This document shows positions 63,192-64,000 of a stretch of DNA of 64,000 nt, piece after piece (the stretch's first letter is position 1; every line of letters starts with the position of its first letter). The notes under the pieces were generated by a model. That model did no database searches. It was not told the DNA's origin and worked only from the letters and a program-made list of their open reading frames with translations. The position numbers and the translations under genes are program-made. The DNA lies in contig OZ024742.1 in the NCBI GenBank assembly GCA_964016885.1, forward strand, positions 259,532,001 through 259,596,000. Reading direction: 5' to 3'. The stretch is from Eledone cirrhosa (Eukaryota).

Positions 63192-63645
63192 CGTATTCCT
63201 AAAGAAACACGGTTTTAAAAGAAGCCGTAGCTATGCAATCACCGGAGCTGACGCCCTCTGGTGGTGTCCAGCAGAATCAAGGGGAACAATCGTCTATGCA
63301 TTTCAGGCTTGACTGGCCTTCTTCAGGACAGTCCCTCCCACGGCTTGCAACTGCTTGACTTGGAAACAGTCGAGAATATATAGTTTTCTCGTCTGTGTAA
63401 ATTAGGTGATTAATCTCATTTGTATATGAAGCTGCATAAGTTGGCTCAACTTATAATAGAATAGAAATAGTATTTCGCTTCAAGCATAGCGTTATACAAA
63501 TAAGTATAGACATTTCGTATTTCTAAAGAAACACGGTTTTAAGAAGCCGCAGCTATGCAAACACCGGGGCTAACCCCCTCTGGTGGTGTCCAGCAGAAGC
63601 AAGGGGGACAAGCGTCTATGTATTTTAGGCTTGACTGGCCTTCTT
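63188..63645 (-). mobile_element. Tandem hammerhead-bearing repeat (retrozyme / PLE pseudo-LTR pair)
   Basis: ~135-bp direct repeats 63188-63323 and 63512-63645, each overlapping a hammerhead motif on the minus strand. Confidence 0.7.
63291..63330 (-). ncRNA. Minimal type I hammerhead ribozyme
   Basis: UGUC-CUGAAGA-AGGCcagucaaGCCU-GAAA-UGCA-UA-GACG; complete core, 4-bp stems I and II, palindromic stem III AUGCAU. Confidence 0.82.
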
Positions 63646-64000
63646 GACTGTTTTCAAGTCCAGCGGTTGCAAGCGCAGACACGAAAAATGAAAAAATGCA
63701 CCACCAAACAAAGACAAGATGGCACAGAAATTTAAAACCAGGCAAAAGAGTGGGCGCAAAACAGAGAGCCATTGTGGAGGTCACAAACGTCATTACAATT
63801 TACAATGTTATTAGTTATTTTTCTTGTACAGTTAGAATGCTATATGTTATGTGAGTGGAAAATTATCTAATAGGTAGTAGTAAGTAGATTTATTTTTCTC
63901 TTTTACAATTATGTTATTAACATTAGGCCATATAAAGCTATACTTTAATTAATACTGGGGTATAAATTTAGATTACTTCTCTACTTGGAATTTTATAAGT

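Overview
This is AT-rich, microsatellite-dense eukaryotic DNA with no recognisable host protein-coding gene. The SINE families and repeat landscape suggest an octopod/coleoid cephalopod, probably intronic or intergenic (inference). Nearly all short ORFs in the track are microsatellite artefacts. The real content is: (1) a near full-length Tx1/L1-clade LINE (11.6-17.05 kb) with intact ORF1 and decayed ORF2, plus fragments, some sitting in (GATA)n or (TTA)n; (2) R4/Dong-clade RT + restriction-like-endonuclease retrotransposons, including a head-to-tail train of seven insertions from three families separated by (TAA)n (50.4-60 kb) and one almost intact, recently active copy; (3) many tRNA-derived SINEs, a non-autonomous Helitron and a small fold-back element. 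Two features are not visible in the ORF track. First, about a dozen type I hammerhead ribozyme motifs from several unrelated families, most with palindromic stem III, nearly all lying 35-120 nt from a microsatellite; these include a near-perfect 408-bp palindrome with two ribozymes (36354-36761) and a tandem ~322-nt retrozyme-like unit (63188-63645). Second, a candidate recursive splice site (TAG|GTAAGT at 61230/61231) followed by a 54-nt cryptic exon with stops in all three frames. All structures were paired by eye; no folding or database search was run.
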